This document shows, in pieces, positions 10,595 through 23,029 of a stretch of 64,000 bases of DNA. The notes beneath the pieces were generated by a model. It worked only from the letters and a program-made list of their open reading frames with translations. It did not search any database and had not been told where the DNA came from. How positions within the stretch are numbered: position 1 is the first letter of the stretch; every line of letters begins with the position of its first letter. The DNA is from Octopus vulgaris (lineage: Eukaryota), in contig OX597830.1 of assembly GCA_951406725.2 (NCBI GenBank), forward strand, positions 61,876,001-61,940,000, in the 5' to 3' direction. A program made the position numbers and the translations under genes.

Positions 10595-11798
10595 TTATAT
10601 ATATATGTATGTATGTATACACACACACACACACACACACAGACAGACAAAGATAAATTGTGTGGTCAAACAAAGATATGAGATACTGCCTAGTGGGGTT
10701 TTTTTAATTTTTATAAGCCTGGTACTTATTCTATCAGTTTCTTCTTGTGAAACCAGTAAGTTATGGGGATGTAAATAAACGAACACCAGTTGTGAGGCAG
10801 TGATGAGGGAGAAACACAAAGACACACACACAGACTTACATATATACATACGTATATGTACGATTGATTTCTTTCAGTTTCTGTCTACAAAATCCAGTGA
10901 CAAGGCTTTGGTTGGTCTGAGGCTATAGCAGAAGACACATGCCAAGTCACCACACAGGAGGACTGAACCCAGAACCATGTGTTTTGGAACGAAATTTGTT
11001 ACCACACAGCCACACCTGCACCTATGTATGTGTGTGTGTATGTGTGTATGGGTGTATATATGTATGCATGTATATATGTGTACATATTACATGTACATCT
11101 ATATATATATAAATACATCTACACATAAACATGTATACATATACATCTATATGTATAGAAATAAATGTGTACTTATACAGCTATGCACACATACACACAC
11201 ACACACATACATAGGTGCAGGTGTGGCTGTGTGGTAACAAACTTCGTCCCAAAACACATGGTCCTGGGTTTAAATTTAAATTTAAAATAATAAGGGTGAA
11301 AAATTGAATATAAATTGAAAACCAGTGGTGTAGCATATAAGACCATAGCGGATCTTTTAGCAAAATGGATGTCCACTGTTAATGGTTCATCCTTCTGATA
11401 TAATAGTTTGACTTTAATAGTTTCAGTATTAAAGTGACAGTATCTGACATTACTATAGAGAGATGTTTTTGTTTCACTTTTAACACGTAATACTGAAATA
11501 GTGGAGAAGATATGATATTGCTGTGGGCTCACCCTAGGCAAGAAGTTAGAATTTTGCCCATGACACTACATGGACCCTAAGTAAGGCATGTGTAAAATTT
11601 GATTTAGAGATTCATAGTGGAAAAGATATGATCTTGCTATGAGCTCGTCCTAGGCAAGACGTTAAAAAAATTTTTGCCCATGACACTCCCCGGACCCTAA
11701 GTAAGGCATGTGTAAAATTTGAATGAAATTGGTTGTGTATTTTCAAGTTTTATGGAAACACACAGACAGACACACATTCTCAGTTTTATATACATAGA
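8296..11798 (-). mobile_element. Non-autonomous Helitron (~3.5 kb) with captured or inserted repeat fragments
   Basis: Minus strand begins A|TCTATGTATATAAAA (11798) and ends GGGCAACGCCGGG-TATCTCTG-CTAG|T (8296); its 3' end and 5' region are shared with the RepHel-coding Helitron at 23029-27330. Confidence 0.75.
8503..8650 (-). pseudogene. RTE-clade RT fragment inside the Helitron
   Basis: LHELLGQCWEEGTVPQDMRDANIITLYKNKGDRGD; flanked by a ~75-bp direct duplication (about 8430-8504 and 8652-8725). Confidence 0.75.
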
Positions 11799-11866
11799 TA
11801 AGCAAAATCCTAATATCACAACAAATTGTTTCGTAACTCAAAAACATGAAAATAATTTATATTATG

Positions 11867-12296
11867 AGATTTACAAATTTCGGATAATCCTATATCTTAA
11901 AATTCCGTGCTCTGTAATGAAGATAACTTTGCACTCCTTAGTAGAGGTAAACCGACAATTTATAAGCGAAAAATACATATATATCCAGATAAATTTTTGC
12001 GTACAGATACCAGTATATACATGCATTTCCTGAGTATATATTACATCTAATCACCCATGTTAATTATATCAGTGGCTAGCGTATAAAAAAAGACCATGGT
12101 CGAGATGGGCGATTAGATGTACTATATGCACGGGAAATCCATGTATATATTGGTCTCTGTACGCAAAAATTTATCGGTATGTATATCTATTTTTCGCTTA
12201 TATATTGTCAGTTTATTTCTATTGAGGAGTGCAAAGTAATCTCCATCGCAGAGCACGAAATCTTAAGATATAGGATTATCCGAAATTTGTAAATCT
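11867..12296. mobile_element. Fold-back/MITE-like element with ~190-bp imperfect inverted arms
   Basis: AGATTTACAAATTTCGGATAATCCTATATCTTAA.. pairs with ..TTAAGATATAGGATTATCCGAAATTTGTAAATCT; short spacer near 12060-12100. Confidence 0.75.
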
Positions 12297-12507
12297 TCTG
12301 ACTTATTTCTTCACGTTCAGCCTTGGGTTATAAATAGAGAACAAATTTAGAGGGAATTGTAGGCATTTGACATCTACTTCTAGTGTATAGGCGCTGACAT
12401 ACCAGTGCCCTTAATTATAATTATATTTTTATAATTATGTAGTTAACTTTACCAATATGGTCGTTTCTTATACATGATACAATCATTAACATGATTATAT
12501 CCTCGAT

Positions 12508-12545
<38 letters not shown>

Positions 12546-12689
12546 TACATACATACATACATACACACATATATATATATATATATATAGTTAATCCAAA
12601 CATGAACAAAGAGAAAACACAACAACGCGAGGACGTGGAACAAGTATAGTGTTATTGGACGCTCAGGAAAGGAAAGAAAGAAGGAGGAT

Positions 12690-12722
12690 TTAACGTTTCG
12701 AGCGGAGCTCTTCGTCAGAAAC
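12690..12722 (-). ncRNA. Minimal hammerhead ribozyme motif in a Penelope-like tail
   Basis: CTGACGA-A-GAGC-TCC-GCTC-GAAAC-GTTA. Confidence 0.65.
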
Positions 12723-12819
12723 GTAGAAAAAGGAAAGGTCCAAGGAAGGGGAGATGGAGAAAGAAATTCGCCAACAATACACAAATTGAAATCAAGCTGG
12801 CAACATGGCCAGTCCGCCA

Positions 12820-12887
<68 letters not shown>

Positions 12888-12898
12888 CTCCATTTTCT

Positions 12899-12938
<40 letters not shown>

Positions 12939-13140
12939 AGAAAATGGAGAAATACACCTTAATCAACAATCAACTACCAGATAATACCCATTCACATAAT
13001 TTATTAACCAACTACATATGAACATCAAGGTCAAACATAATAGTACATAACAAAACAGTGCACATCAATGAGTAATATGATACAATAAATATATGTATAA
13101 ATAAATATAAATAAATATAAATATAAATATAAACTATATC

Positions 13141-13260
13141 TTACAGCTGTTTCAGCCATGTAGATATGAGTATCTCATTATGCTCATATTAGTCAGGTGT
13201 GATAAGTTAATATGTGGTTATAAATGAGACACTTACAAATATATCCCAAGGCCTCTTCAG
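13141..13260 (-). ncRNA. Hammerhead motif in an AT-rich non-autonomous PLE-like element (~12930-13540)
   Basis: CTGAAGA-GGCC...GGCT-GAAAC-AGCT-GTA. Confidence 0.55.
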
Positions 13261-13607
13261 AGATTATAAAGTACAATCTAAATATGAATATCAGAGAAGG
13301 TACACCCTTACAAGAATGAGTACATATACATAATATATAATATACACATACATATAAGTGTATATACCCATGCACCTATATATATACCCGCATATACATA
13401 ATAATATATAATAATATACATACATATATATAAGGTTACTGTTAGTCAAATCAATATATTAGAATATTACAATATACAAACATACACATATCTATATGCA
13501 AATGTACATATACAAAGTCAAGAGTTCATTATATTAAGTTACAAAATGTCATTAATATTACTATTATTATCACCATTATTATTATTATTATTATCATTAT
13601 TATTATT

Positions 13608-13669
<62 letters not shown>

Positions 13670-16600
13670 GATAGAGAACCGCTTCATAAACTCTCAAATA
13701 CAAACCAAAATAAAAAACAAATCCAAATTGGCAACTATGTAACAAATGAAATAATACGAGAATTAAAACCTGATTTTACTGAGTTAAATGAAATTATTTA
13801 CGCTTCTGCTAGGGCAATTGAAACCAGCTGTATGCCCCCGAAAAAACAAAGAAAACAAAACCTGGGAAGAAATCAAACCTGGAGAAGTAAAATTGAAAAA
13901 GAGATTGAATTTATGAGAGGGGAAATATCAATATTAAATGAACTAATATGTGGAAATGATGTAAGATCCAGAACAGGAAGAAAAATGAAGAGAAAATTTT
14001 GATCCTCACCGAGAGAAGAACTGATATCAATAAAAGAAACGCTGAAACAAAAAGTCCAAGCAAAAGCCCAAAGAATACGAAGATTTGAGAAGAGAAACAA
14101 GTTTTACAAGCAAAATAAGCTGTTCACATCCAATGCCAAAAAATTCTACAGAGAAATAGGGAAGGAGAAAGTAACCGTTAAAGACCCCCCTCCCATGGAA
14201 GAAGTTCAAAACTTTTGGAAAAGGATTTGGAGTGACAAGAAGACGTACAACATAAATGCAGACTGGATTATACAAACTGAAGGATCCTACCAAAATTTAC
14301 AACAAGCATGGGAAGACATCACAATAGCAGACCTAAGAAAGGGACTCACGAAGGCCCATAATTGGAAATCCCCCGGTAAAGATAGGGTGCCGAATTTCTG
14401 GCTCGCATCGCTCCCGTGCGCACACGGTAAGCTAGTTTAGCTGCTCAATGGAATTATGAGAGACCCAAAGAAAACACCTGAATGGTTAGCAAGTGGCATT
14501 ACTTACCTACTCCCAAAGAATAACGAAACCAACCTTCCAAAAAACTATCGGCCTATAACCTGTCTATCCACCACGTATAAAATCCTAACATCTATCCTGG
14601 CGGAGAAAACATATGCATTCATGGAGAAGAACGATATTTTCCCCATTGAACAAAAAGGGTGCCGCCGAGGCTCTTACGGATGCAAAGATCAACTGCTAAT
14701 CAATCGTATGATCCTTGAGAACTGTCACAACAAGCGCAGAAATCTCAGCACCGCATGGATTGACTATAAAAAGGCCTTCGACAGTATACCGCATCCATGG
14801 ATCTTGAGATCGCTGGACATCTTCAAAATTTCCCCTGTGATTTCAAACTTCCTGAAGCACAATATGTCGTTGTGGAATACGAATCTCCAATTATACCACT
14901 CTAATGGAGTACTTGCCTCAGAAAATATAAACATGAACTGTGGAATTTTTCAAGGTGACTCACTTTCACCTTTAATATTCTGCATAGCCCTAATACCCCT
15001 TACAAGTGAATTAAACAGAACAAGGTATGGGTATAAAATTGCCAATAAAAAAATAAGCCATCTATTTTATATGGATGACTTAAAACTTTATGGTAAAGAC
15101 AATAATGAACTTGAAGGCCTATTGCGCACCGTGAAATCATTCAGCGATGACATCGGGATGGGGTTTGGACTTGAGAAGTGTGCCAAGGCCACTTTCCAGA
15201 AAGGGAAAGTGAAGACCACAAATTCAGTCGTGTTAGATGTTGACACAGTCATAAGAGAGCTTGAGCAAGAACAAACATACAAATATTTAGGGATAAATGA
15301 AGGCTCTGGTATTCAGCATGCAAGCATGAAAGAGAAAATCAGGAAGGAATGTTATAGGAGAGTTCGTGCAGTCCTGAAATCTGAACTAAATGCACGTAAC
15401 AAGGTGTTAGCTATAAATTCCCTAGCAGTTCCAGTTGTTACTTATAGCTACAATGTGTTGAACTGGAATATGAGTGAAGTAAAGAATATAGATAGAAAAA
15501 TACGCAAGCTGCTGAGTTGTAATAGGATGCACCACCCAAAGGCAGACGTAGATCGCCTTTACCTTCCCAGAGCCCAAGGAGGTCGAGGCCTGATCCAATT
15601 TGAACTAGCTTACAAAACAACCACAATTGGACTGGCCAAATATCTCGAAATATCGAATGACTGGATGCTAAAGCTCGTGGAAAATCACGAGAGACGAAAG
15701 AAGCTTCATTCTATCATCAAGGAAAGCAAAAAATTTGCTATTGATCTCGTGCAGAATACCCAAACTGAACAACCCGAGGGAAGTACGGCAACTATTGTTG
15801 CAAAGAAGGTGAAAATGATGGCAATGAAAAAAGCGCACGAGCAATTGGCTGATAGGTGGGAGGAGAAACCTCTGCACGGCAAATATGTGACCCGCAGCAA
15901 ACAAGCTGATGTTGACCAGAAGCAAACCCATCAGTGGCTGCGGAGCTCAGGGCTAAAAGCAGAGAGCGAAGGTTTCATCCTGGCTGCTCAAGACCAAAGC
16001 CTATCAACCCGGAACTACCAGGCCAATGTGATGAAAAATGGAGCAGACCCAAAATGCCGATTCTGCAACGACATGATTGAAACAGTGGACCACCTAATCT
16101 CTGGATGTAAAGTCTTAGCACCAGTGGAGTATAAATTAAGACATGACAGAGTTGGCCAATATCTCCACTGGCTAATAAGTCGGCATTACAATATCAAAAC
16201 TGCCGACCAGTGGTATAATCACCACCCTGAGGCTGTAACTGAAGGAGAAAATGTAACCATTCTGTGGGACTTTCCAGTACATACAGACCGAACCATCAAG
16301 GCCAATAAACCAGACATTGTTGTGAAAGACCAAAACAATAAAGTTTGCTTATTGATCGACATGAGCATCCCCTGTGATCATAATATCTCAGCGAAAGAGT
16401 TTGACAAGCTCAGAAAATATAAAGACCTACTCATTGAAATTGAGAAAATGTGGCATCTCAAGGCGGTTACAATACCAGTGATCGTAGGAGCACTAGGAAT
16501 GATCAAGAAGGGAACCGAAAATTATATGAGAATGATCCCTGGCTTACCATCCCTGCAAGAAGTGCAAAAGATTGTCTTAACTGGTACATCACACGTATTG

Positions 16601-16803
16601 AGAAGAGCATTGTCGATGTGAGAACTGTTGCTGCTCATGTATTTTAATTTAACTTTAAAAAAAAAAAAATAAAAAAAAAAAAATGAACGAACTACTGAGT
16701 TTGGTTTAATGGCCTACCAATATACACTATGAGTTTCTTTGCCCTAGGAGTCGGGAAGACACTCGGCAAGAAATGGAAGAAAATTTGAAAGAAGAAAAAA
16801 AAA

Positions 16804-16804
<1 letters not shown>
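13670..16804 (+). mobile_element. R4/Dong-clade non-LTR retrotransposon (RT + restriction-like endonuclease), 5'-truncated, within (TAA)n
   Basis: One frame with two premature stops (14000, 14438); A-rich 3' UTR; (TAA)n at 13610-13669 and 16805-16857. Confidence 0.9.
14456..16621 (+). CDS. RT-RLE polyprotein (uninterrupted C-terminal 721 aa)
   Basis: NYRPITCL, WIDYKKAFDS, GIFQGDSLSP, LFYMDDLKL, CRFC..ETVDHLISGC zinc knuckle, RHD, KPDIVV..LIDMS..KY endonuclease. Confidence 0.9.
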   Translation: MRDPKKTPEWLASGITYLLPKNNETNLPKNYRPITCLSTTYKILTSILAEKTYAFMEKNDIFPIEQKGCRRGSYGCKDQLLINRMILENCHNKRRNLSTAWIDYKKAFDSIPHPWILRSLDIFKISPVISNFLKHNMSLWNTNLQLYHSNGVLASENINMNCGIFQGDSLSPLIFCIALIPLTSELNRTRYGYKIANKKISHLFYMDDLKLYGKDNNELEGLLRTVKSFSDDIGMGFGLEKCAKATFQKGKVKTTNSVVLDVDTVIRELEQEQTYKYLGINEGSGIQHASMKEKIRKECYRRVRAVLKSELNARNKVLAINSLAVPVVTYSYNVLNWNMSEVKNIDRKIRKLLSCNRMHHPKADVDRLYLPRAQGGRGLIQFELAYKTTTIGLAKYLEISNDWMLKLVENHERRKKLHSIIKESKKFAIDLVQNTQTEQPEGSTATIVAKKVKMMAMKKAHEQLADRWEEKPLHGKYVTRSKQADVDQKQTHQWLRSSGLKAESEGFILAAQDQSLSTRNYQANVMKNGADPKCRFCNDMIETVDHLISGCKVLAPVEYKLRHDRVGQYLHWLISRHYNIKTADQWYNHHPEAVTEGENVTILWDFPVHTDRTIKANKPDIVVKDQNNKVCLLIDMSIPCDHNISAKEFDKLRKYKDLLIEIEKMWHLKAVTIPVIVGALGMIKKGTENYMRMIPGLPSLQEVQKIVLTGTSHVLRRALSM

Positions 16805-16858
<54 letters not shown>

Positions 16859-17128
16859 CAGTAAAATAATATATGTATCATGCGGTTCACAGTACATATT
16901 AGGTGGAAAAAATCAGATAGAAAACATCAACAGCATAATATAGTGAAATAGTAACATAATAATAATAACAACAATAATAATACAGTACAATACAAAACAT
17001 TATAGATCAGCAAATACATATAAAATGAAAAATATTGATTTACATCATAGCAAAATCCAGAAGTGTACATGCATATAAACACATTTTTTTGTATGAAAAT
17101 TATTTGGAAATTATAAACAAAAGAAATG

Positions 17129-17540
17129 GGATCTTTTCGGTTTGAATGGCAGTATTTTAAAATAATTTCCACGTAACTAAACACTTTTAAACTTCGTATA
17201 CTGGTAGAATGTGTTTATAAAACATCTTTTTCTCTTGGCTTTATTGAGAAAATTCTATAGTTTGTAAGATATTTGTTGTTGTTTTTCTTCAATTTCTGCA
17301 ATTTCAACCAATCACTGACGTCCATTGAGGTAAAAAAACATTCTGTGCCGTATGTATGTGTCCCTCGTTTAAGAAACAGATTGGGTTTATTTACATTTGT
17401 GAAGAAAAAAAGAAACCCTTCCCCCACCCCTAACCCTAAAACAGATTGAAATGCAATAGATCGATACTAGGGTCATAATTATGGGTGACAATTTCATATC
17501 ACACCGCTAGAAAAAACTGCCCTTCAAACCGAAAAGATCC
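17129..17540. mobile_element. Merlin-like MITE
   Basis: 24-bp TIR GGATCTTTTCGGTTTGAA(T/G)GGCAG; 8-bp TSD AAGAAATG/AAGGAATG; internal CCCTAACCCTAA. Superfamily inferred from GG termini plus 8-bp TSD. Confidence 0.75.
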
Positions 17541-17882
17541 AAGGAATGGCAGATTCGGACTGTCCGTATTGTAAAACTATGGTTTTAAAAATAGGAATTA
17601 ATTTTTTAAAAATTGCGCAGTCGTACAAACTTCACGGAGTAGAACACTAATCCATAAAATTTTTCTGAAAATACCAAAAAATAAAAAAAAGTTATGTCAG
17701 GTTAAATGACGGGCTTCGATCAGGACTCCGCTTATTGACAAAGTTGTCGAAAAACCTTACAGTGATACATTTATTTCGAAACTGCACTTTAGCATTATTA
17801 CTAATTAGTGCCCACCCAGATTATTTGGAAGCAGCCCCAGGCACTAAAGTCTAGTGATGGCCTTGCTCTTTAAAAATTAACA

Positions 17883-18681
17883 CTAGAAACGATTTATATC
17901 AAAAAAGCTCTCCGAAATATTCCGAAGATGATTGATATCTCTGGCTGCTTTATACCCAAGCAGTTTATACACATATAAACATGCTTCATCCACATCTTTG
18001 ACGAAATCATACGCAGACTTTAAACGCCATTCCCGAGTATGAAATAAGGAGTTTCGTGCCGAAACTGAAAATGGATTTTTGTTCAAATTTTTGCCTAGCA
18101 TATTTCGGCGAATCCATTCTTGAACATTTTCTGTAAATGGAATGTGAAGGAAATGGTACATATCCTTCGTAACAGCAATGGGATTCTCGCTAAGATTTTC
18201 GTAAAAAAGTGTCATTATTCTCTCTTTAAACTGTGGAATTTTCTTGAGTTCAATAGTTTTTATAGCATTATAATATATTTGAGAACAGAGACGTTTTGTA
18301 TGTTTTTCACCTTCTAAAATTTTTAAACCCACTTTTGAACGGGATCTCAAAATAGCACGTGGATCTCTAATAAGGTGTACAACATATAGGTTCGAATCCG
18401 ACTGTAATAACTCGGGTACTAAATTCATATCAAGGCGGATTACTTTAGCAATTCTGACATTAGCTGAATTACACACATTTTGTAATTGTGGCAGGCATTT
18501 GTTAACCATCGGCACACTATTATTTTTTTTAAGACACTGATTAAATTTTTTACAAATTTTGCATCCTGAAACTGCTCTGTCAAGTAATGTTTCCACAAAA
18601 GTGTTACGAAATTTACAATTAAGATGTGCTTTCAAAATTTGTATTTTTCCCTTTTCTACCGATTTGTTAGTTGCGAAATAT
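17883..18681 (-). CDS. Carbohydrate sulfotransferase (CHST1/3/5-like), last coding exon
   Basis: AKVIRL, VVHLIRDPRAILRSR (3'-PB motif), YENLSENP, C..YKLLGY; acceptor TTTTTCAG before 18681, phase 2. Confidence 0.85.
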
Positions 18682-19076
18682 CTGAAAAATACAAATGAAA
18701 AATACAAACTTTTCAAAACAAGTAAAAGAGACTTAAATCATATAATTATTAAAAAAACAAAAAAAAAAAGCAGTAAATCTCTTGAATTTAATTAGAAGTC
18801 AAGCCTTTGAAACTGTTCAGCAAAATAACATTCAAATTCAAGCCAGAGAGATCGTAGCTTTTCACAGCAACACAGAATTTTACCACGTCAAAGCACGCAT
18901 CTTGAAATGAAAGTACCCTATATCTGGGTTATTTGATGAAATATATGGGAAGCTACCTATGAGTGCACGAACATTATAATGAACTGATGTACAATGTTAT
19001 CCATTATGAAATCAAAAGCACAGTTTTAACATAGCGCATATTAAATACTTTCTTGAAAGAAATATCACGGACCTAG

Positions 19077-19483
19077 GGATCTTTTCCTTTTGAACGGCAG
19101 ACAATTTCTAGTTAACTAAACACTTTAAAACTTCGTATACTAGTAGAATATGTCAAAATAACACATTTTTGTCTCTTGGCTTTCTTGAGAAAATTGTAAT
19201 TTGTTTGTCTAACGTAGTTTAATTTTTCGAATTTTAACCAATCCTATGCTCTCTTTTGAGCTAAAATCATTTGCTACGTCTAAAACTGAAACAACATCCT
19301 GTCACTAACCTTCAACCTAACCCTAACCCTAATTTTATTTTCTTAATTGTTAAATTAATTTAATTGTTACGCGTGTAAAAAAAAAACCGAAAGCAATGGA
19401 AAATAATTTAAACAATTAACAAACAAAATAATTCTATAATTTTATACACACGCTTTCCGTACGTAAACGGAAAACGTGTGTTA
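19077..19483. mobile_element. Partial Merlin-like MITE (intronic)
   Basis: Left TIR GGATCTTTTCCTTTTGAACGGCAG; body similar to the 17129 copy; CCTAACCCTAACCCTAA at ~19316-19332. Confidence 0.6.
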
Positions 19484-19484
19484 C

Positions 19485-20330
19485 GAGGAAAATTTGAGCT
19501 GATGCATTTTGGAAGAAAGTCTATACTAAAACAACCATACTCTCTTCCTTCAAGGGAACCGCTCACAACCTTTAACATTATCAGAGACCTGGGTGTAATT
19601 GTTAATAACAATCTCAGTTGGAGTGCCCACATCAACAATAAGTTCAATATAGCTTGTAGGATGAGCTCCTGGATCTTAAGAACCTTCCGGTGCAGAGAAC
19701 AAAGTGTCATCATTCCACTTTTCTCCTCTTTTGTACGGCCACACCTCGAATACTGTTGTCCCTTGTGGTCTCCCCATACAAAACAAGACATCTCGAGGAT
19801 TGAATCACCCCAGAGGGCACTCACTAAACGAATTGAAGGCATGACTGATCTCGGTAACTGGGATCGCCTTAAATCCTTCAAACTCCACTCTCTCCAGCGC
19901 CGCCGCGAGTAGTGCATCATTTGTAAGATGTGGAGAATATACTGCCAGCATTGCTCAAACGACCTGAACATTAGTTTCAAGGTTCATCCAAGGCTGGGAC
20001 CACGGACCATAGTCCCCAGCCCAATTCAGGATCACAACATATAGGTACACTGCGACATAATTTCTTTTCCTCAACAGGCCCTGCCCTATTTAACATTGTC
20101 CTAAAACTGATTAAAGAGGGAAAGGCTCCCATCACGTTTAAACGGAGTCTGGGCAGATTTCTTTAAGGAATACCAGATAAGCTACCTATACCTGGATACA
20201 ACTCACTCAACAAGAACTTGAATGGACCATAAACAAAACTTGACTTAAACAGGATTTAGATAATCATATCAGGTGGTGCTATTAAGTTAGACATGGCCTA
20301 GACCAATCTTTAGTCGAAACGTATCTAAGT
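19485..20330 (+). mobile_element. CR1-type LINE 3' fragment (intronic)
   Basis: RDLGVIVNNNLSWSAHI, LFSSFVRPHLEYCCPLWSPH, LHSLQRRRE. Confidence 0.85.
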
Positions 20331-20618
20331 TTTTTTTATATATATTGTATTTATATTCGTGTAACATAGTCTGTTTTTCCGTCCTTGTTTCGTAAACATT
20401 CGTTGCTTTTTTTCCGAGGAATCTAATGCTCTTAGCTTAGTTTTTCCTTTTGGGCTGGCCAAATTGGAGCAATCTCAAGATTAATCAGCCGAAATTGCGA
20501 GGATGATCCGGTTCTTGACTGAAGGTAAAAGGCTTCGAATGACCCGTCCGTGTTTTTTTGTATTGTCTATCTGGATGTTTTGTTGTCCTGTTTTGCGTTC
20601 TTGTCCCATTTTGTATTT

Positions 20619-20736
<118 letters not shown>

Positions 20737-20801
20737 GTTTGAATGTATGTTTGTGTGTATGTATATATATCAAAAGAAATAGTTTTAGTATCAATACAAA
20801 C

Positions 20802-20979
20802 CTTTTTTTATCATCAATGCCTGTTAACGGTTGGTTAGCATAGCTGTAAAAGGAAAGTTTGCGAAGTGGTTCGAAATAATATATGGCGTTTCGAGCTTGT
20901 TCGAGTATCTTGCCAGTTACGGATGATCCACTTCGCATGTATGCTAGTATTATGACTTTCGTTATGTTCGCGCGTTTAC
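20802..20979 (-). CDS. Carbohydrate sulfotransferase exon carrying the 5'-PSB motif
   Basis: [28 protein letters not shown]; acceptor TTTTATAG (phase 1); donor AG|GTTTGT (phase 2) joins 18681 to give ..DDKK-R-YFAT. Confidence 0.85.
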
Positions 20980-21124
20980 CTATAAAAATATAACGAGCAG
21001 AACATGGTAATTATGTAGCATCAGCTTTATTTAATCATTATAAGTATTGTTACAGCATTCATGTGTGTGCTTTCGTTAGTTTTACTAATGTCCATAACTG
21101 CACGTATATATGTATAGATGTGTG

Positions 21125-22760
21125 CGCGTTTCATGACTATATCTTTAAATCGATAATAAATAAATTGATACTATTAAAATTAATTCGATTTTAAAATATA
21201 GCCACTCTTCAGGTCTAAAATAATAATAAAATAAATGTATGTATCTTAACATCTTTATTACCCTGATATTATTATGGTCCAGGAAATACATGGTAAATGT
21301 TTTTGCTTTTTATTGCCTTCGAGATTTTATGCAGTTCCTTCTAGCATAAGGGAGTCCTATGATGGATAATATAAAATATTATAATATAAATGATTCCTAT
21401 GATATTTATGATAATAAACCTAATATTAATTATTCCTTATGGGGTCAAAAGTTAAAACAAACATTATTAAAGAGATATTTAAACTAATCGAAGTATTCAT
21501 TATAGATAATATAAAATATAATAGCATTTTTCTAGTAATAATTTTAGAGTTGGTTATTCTACTACTAATAATGTTGGTAACATTATTTTTTCTTGTAATA
21601 GATTTAAGCATAATAAGTTTTACATTAACAAATTAAATAATTATTCCAATGATAATAAAGACCAGAATATAATTAATTGTACATGTAGAGATAAGACAAA
21701 ATGTAATTTGGATGATGTAGTACATAAATGTGTAGTGACTTTGATTGATGATAATATTAATACGAATAGTTATAATTTAAATGTGATTTATGTGAGGTCG
21801 ACTTCTAATAAAATTAAATTAAGGGTGGCTCAACACATGCATTCGTTTAAGAATAAAACATTGATTAATTCAACTGGCCTTAGTAAATATATATGGGAAT
21901 TGAAATCTAGAGCAATTAAGTATAATATAAATTGGGAGATAGTTTGTAAGGCTAAATCTTATCGAATAGGTAATAATTTTTGTTTACTATGTACAAATGA
22001 ATTTATGGAGATATTATTATCTAAAAATTAAAAAGTTGCTTAATTAGCAATATGAGCGAAAAATTAAATGTAGACATAAGTTAAATTACTTATATAATAA
22101 GTTTAGCTAATTTGTGTATATATTTAAACCCTGATTTACGTTACTAATTTTTGCTGTTATAATTTATAGTAGTATAATGAGTATAAATTAGCAGTAGATT
22201 ATGTAGTGTATATTACATAATTGGAATAAAATTAAAGGAAGGTGTTTATAAATTAAATAAATTGATGAATATAGATTAAGTTATCGAAATTTAGTTTATT
22301 TTATGCATTTCACATATTTTAGTTTTTAAATTGCTGAGATATTAAAATTTTTCCATTAAATGGTATATTACATCTAGTTTATTTCTTATTTCCACAACTA
22401 AAATACATATTGTTATTTTCACCGCTAAAATATATTTTTCTATCTTTTTATTTAATTGTTATTATTTACGTCATGTTTTCCCGTGATAAATTTCTTAAGA
22501 ACGCTAGGTTCTAAGTATAACGTTAACATTTCAGTTAACTGGAATTCTTCAATAAGATAAGATTTTATTTTTCATTAATATCATTATATTTTATTCGATT
22601 ATTTATAGTTAAGATACGTTTCTTTCTATATTTATTTATTATATTTTAAGATACATACATTTATTTTATTATTATTTTAGACCTGAAGAGAGGCAATATT
22701 TTTAAATCGAATTAATTTTAATAGTATTGATTTAAAGATATAGTCACGAAACACGTAGTC
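21125..22760 (+). mobile_element. Penelope-like element remnant: GIY-YIG endonuclease region between inverted terminal repeats with hammerhead motifs
   Basis: VVHKC..VIYV.STS..KLRVAQH..GLSKYIWELK..WEI..CLLC (21708-22031); ~21125-21250 is the inverse of ~22645-22760, each with CTGAAGA..GAAAC. Confidence 0.75.
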
Positions 22761-22966
22761 AATTTAATGGTTATTTAATTTAGTGATTTTTTGAATAATA
22801 TCTATTATAGTATATTTAAATTTGTCTAGATGATATAGAGAGAATCTTTCACTATTGAATTACTTAATAGAGGTTAATTCTCTTAATTATGTACTTATAT
22901 AATTTGTGAAATTTGATTTGGATTTGCTAAATTGGACTTTTGCCCTGTAAATTGGGAATTATATTC

Positions 22967-23028
<62 letters not shown>

Positions 23029-23029
<1 letters not shown>

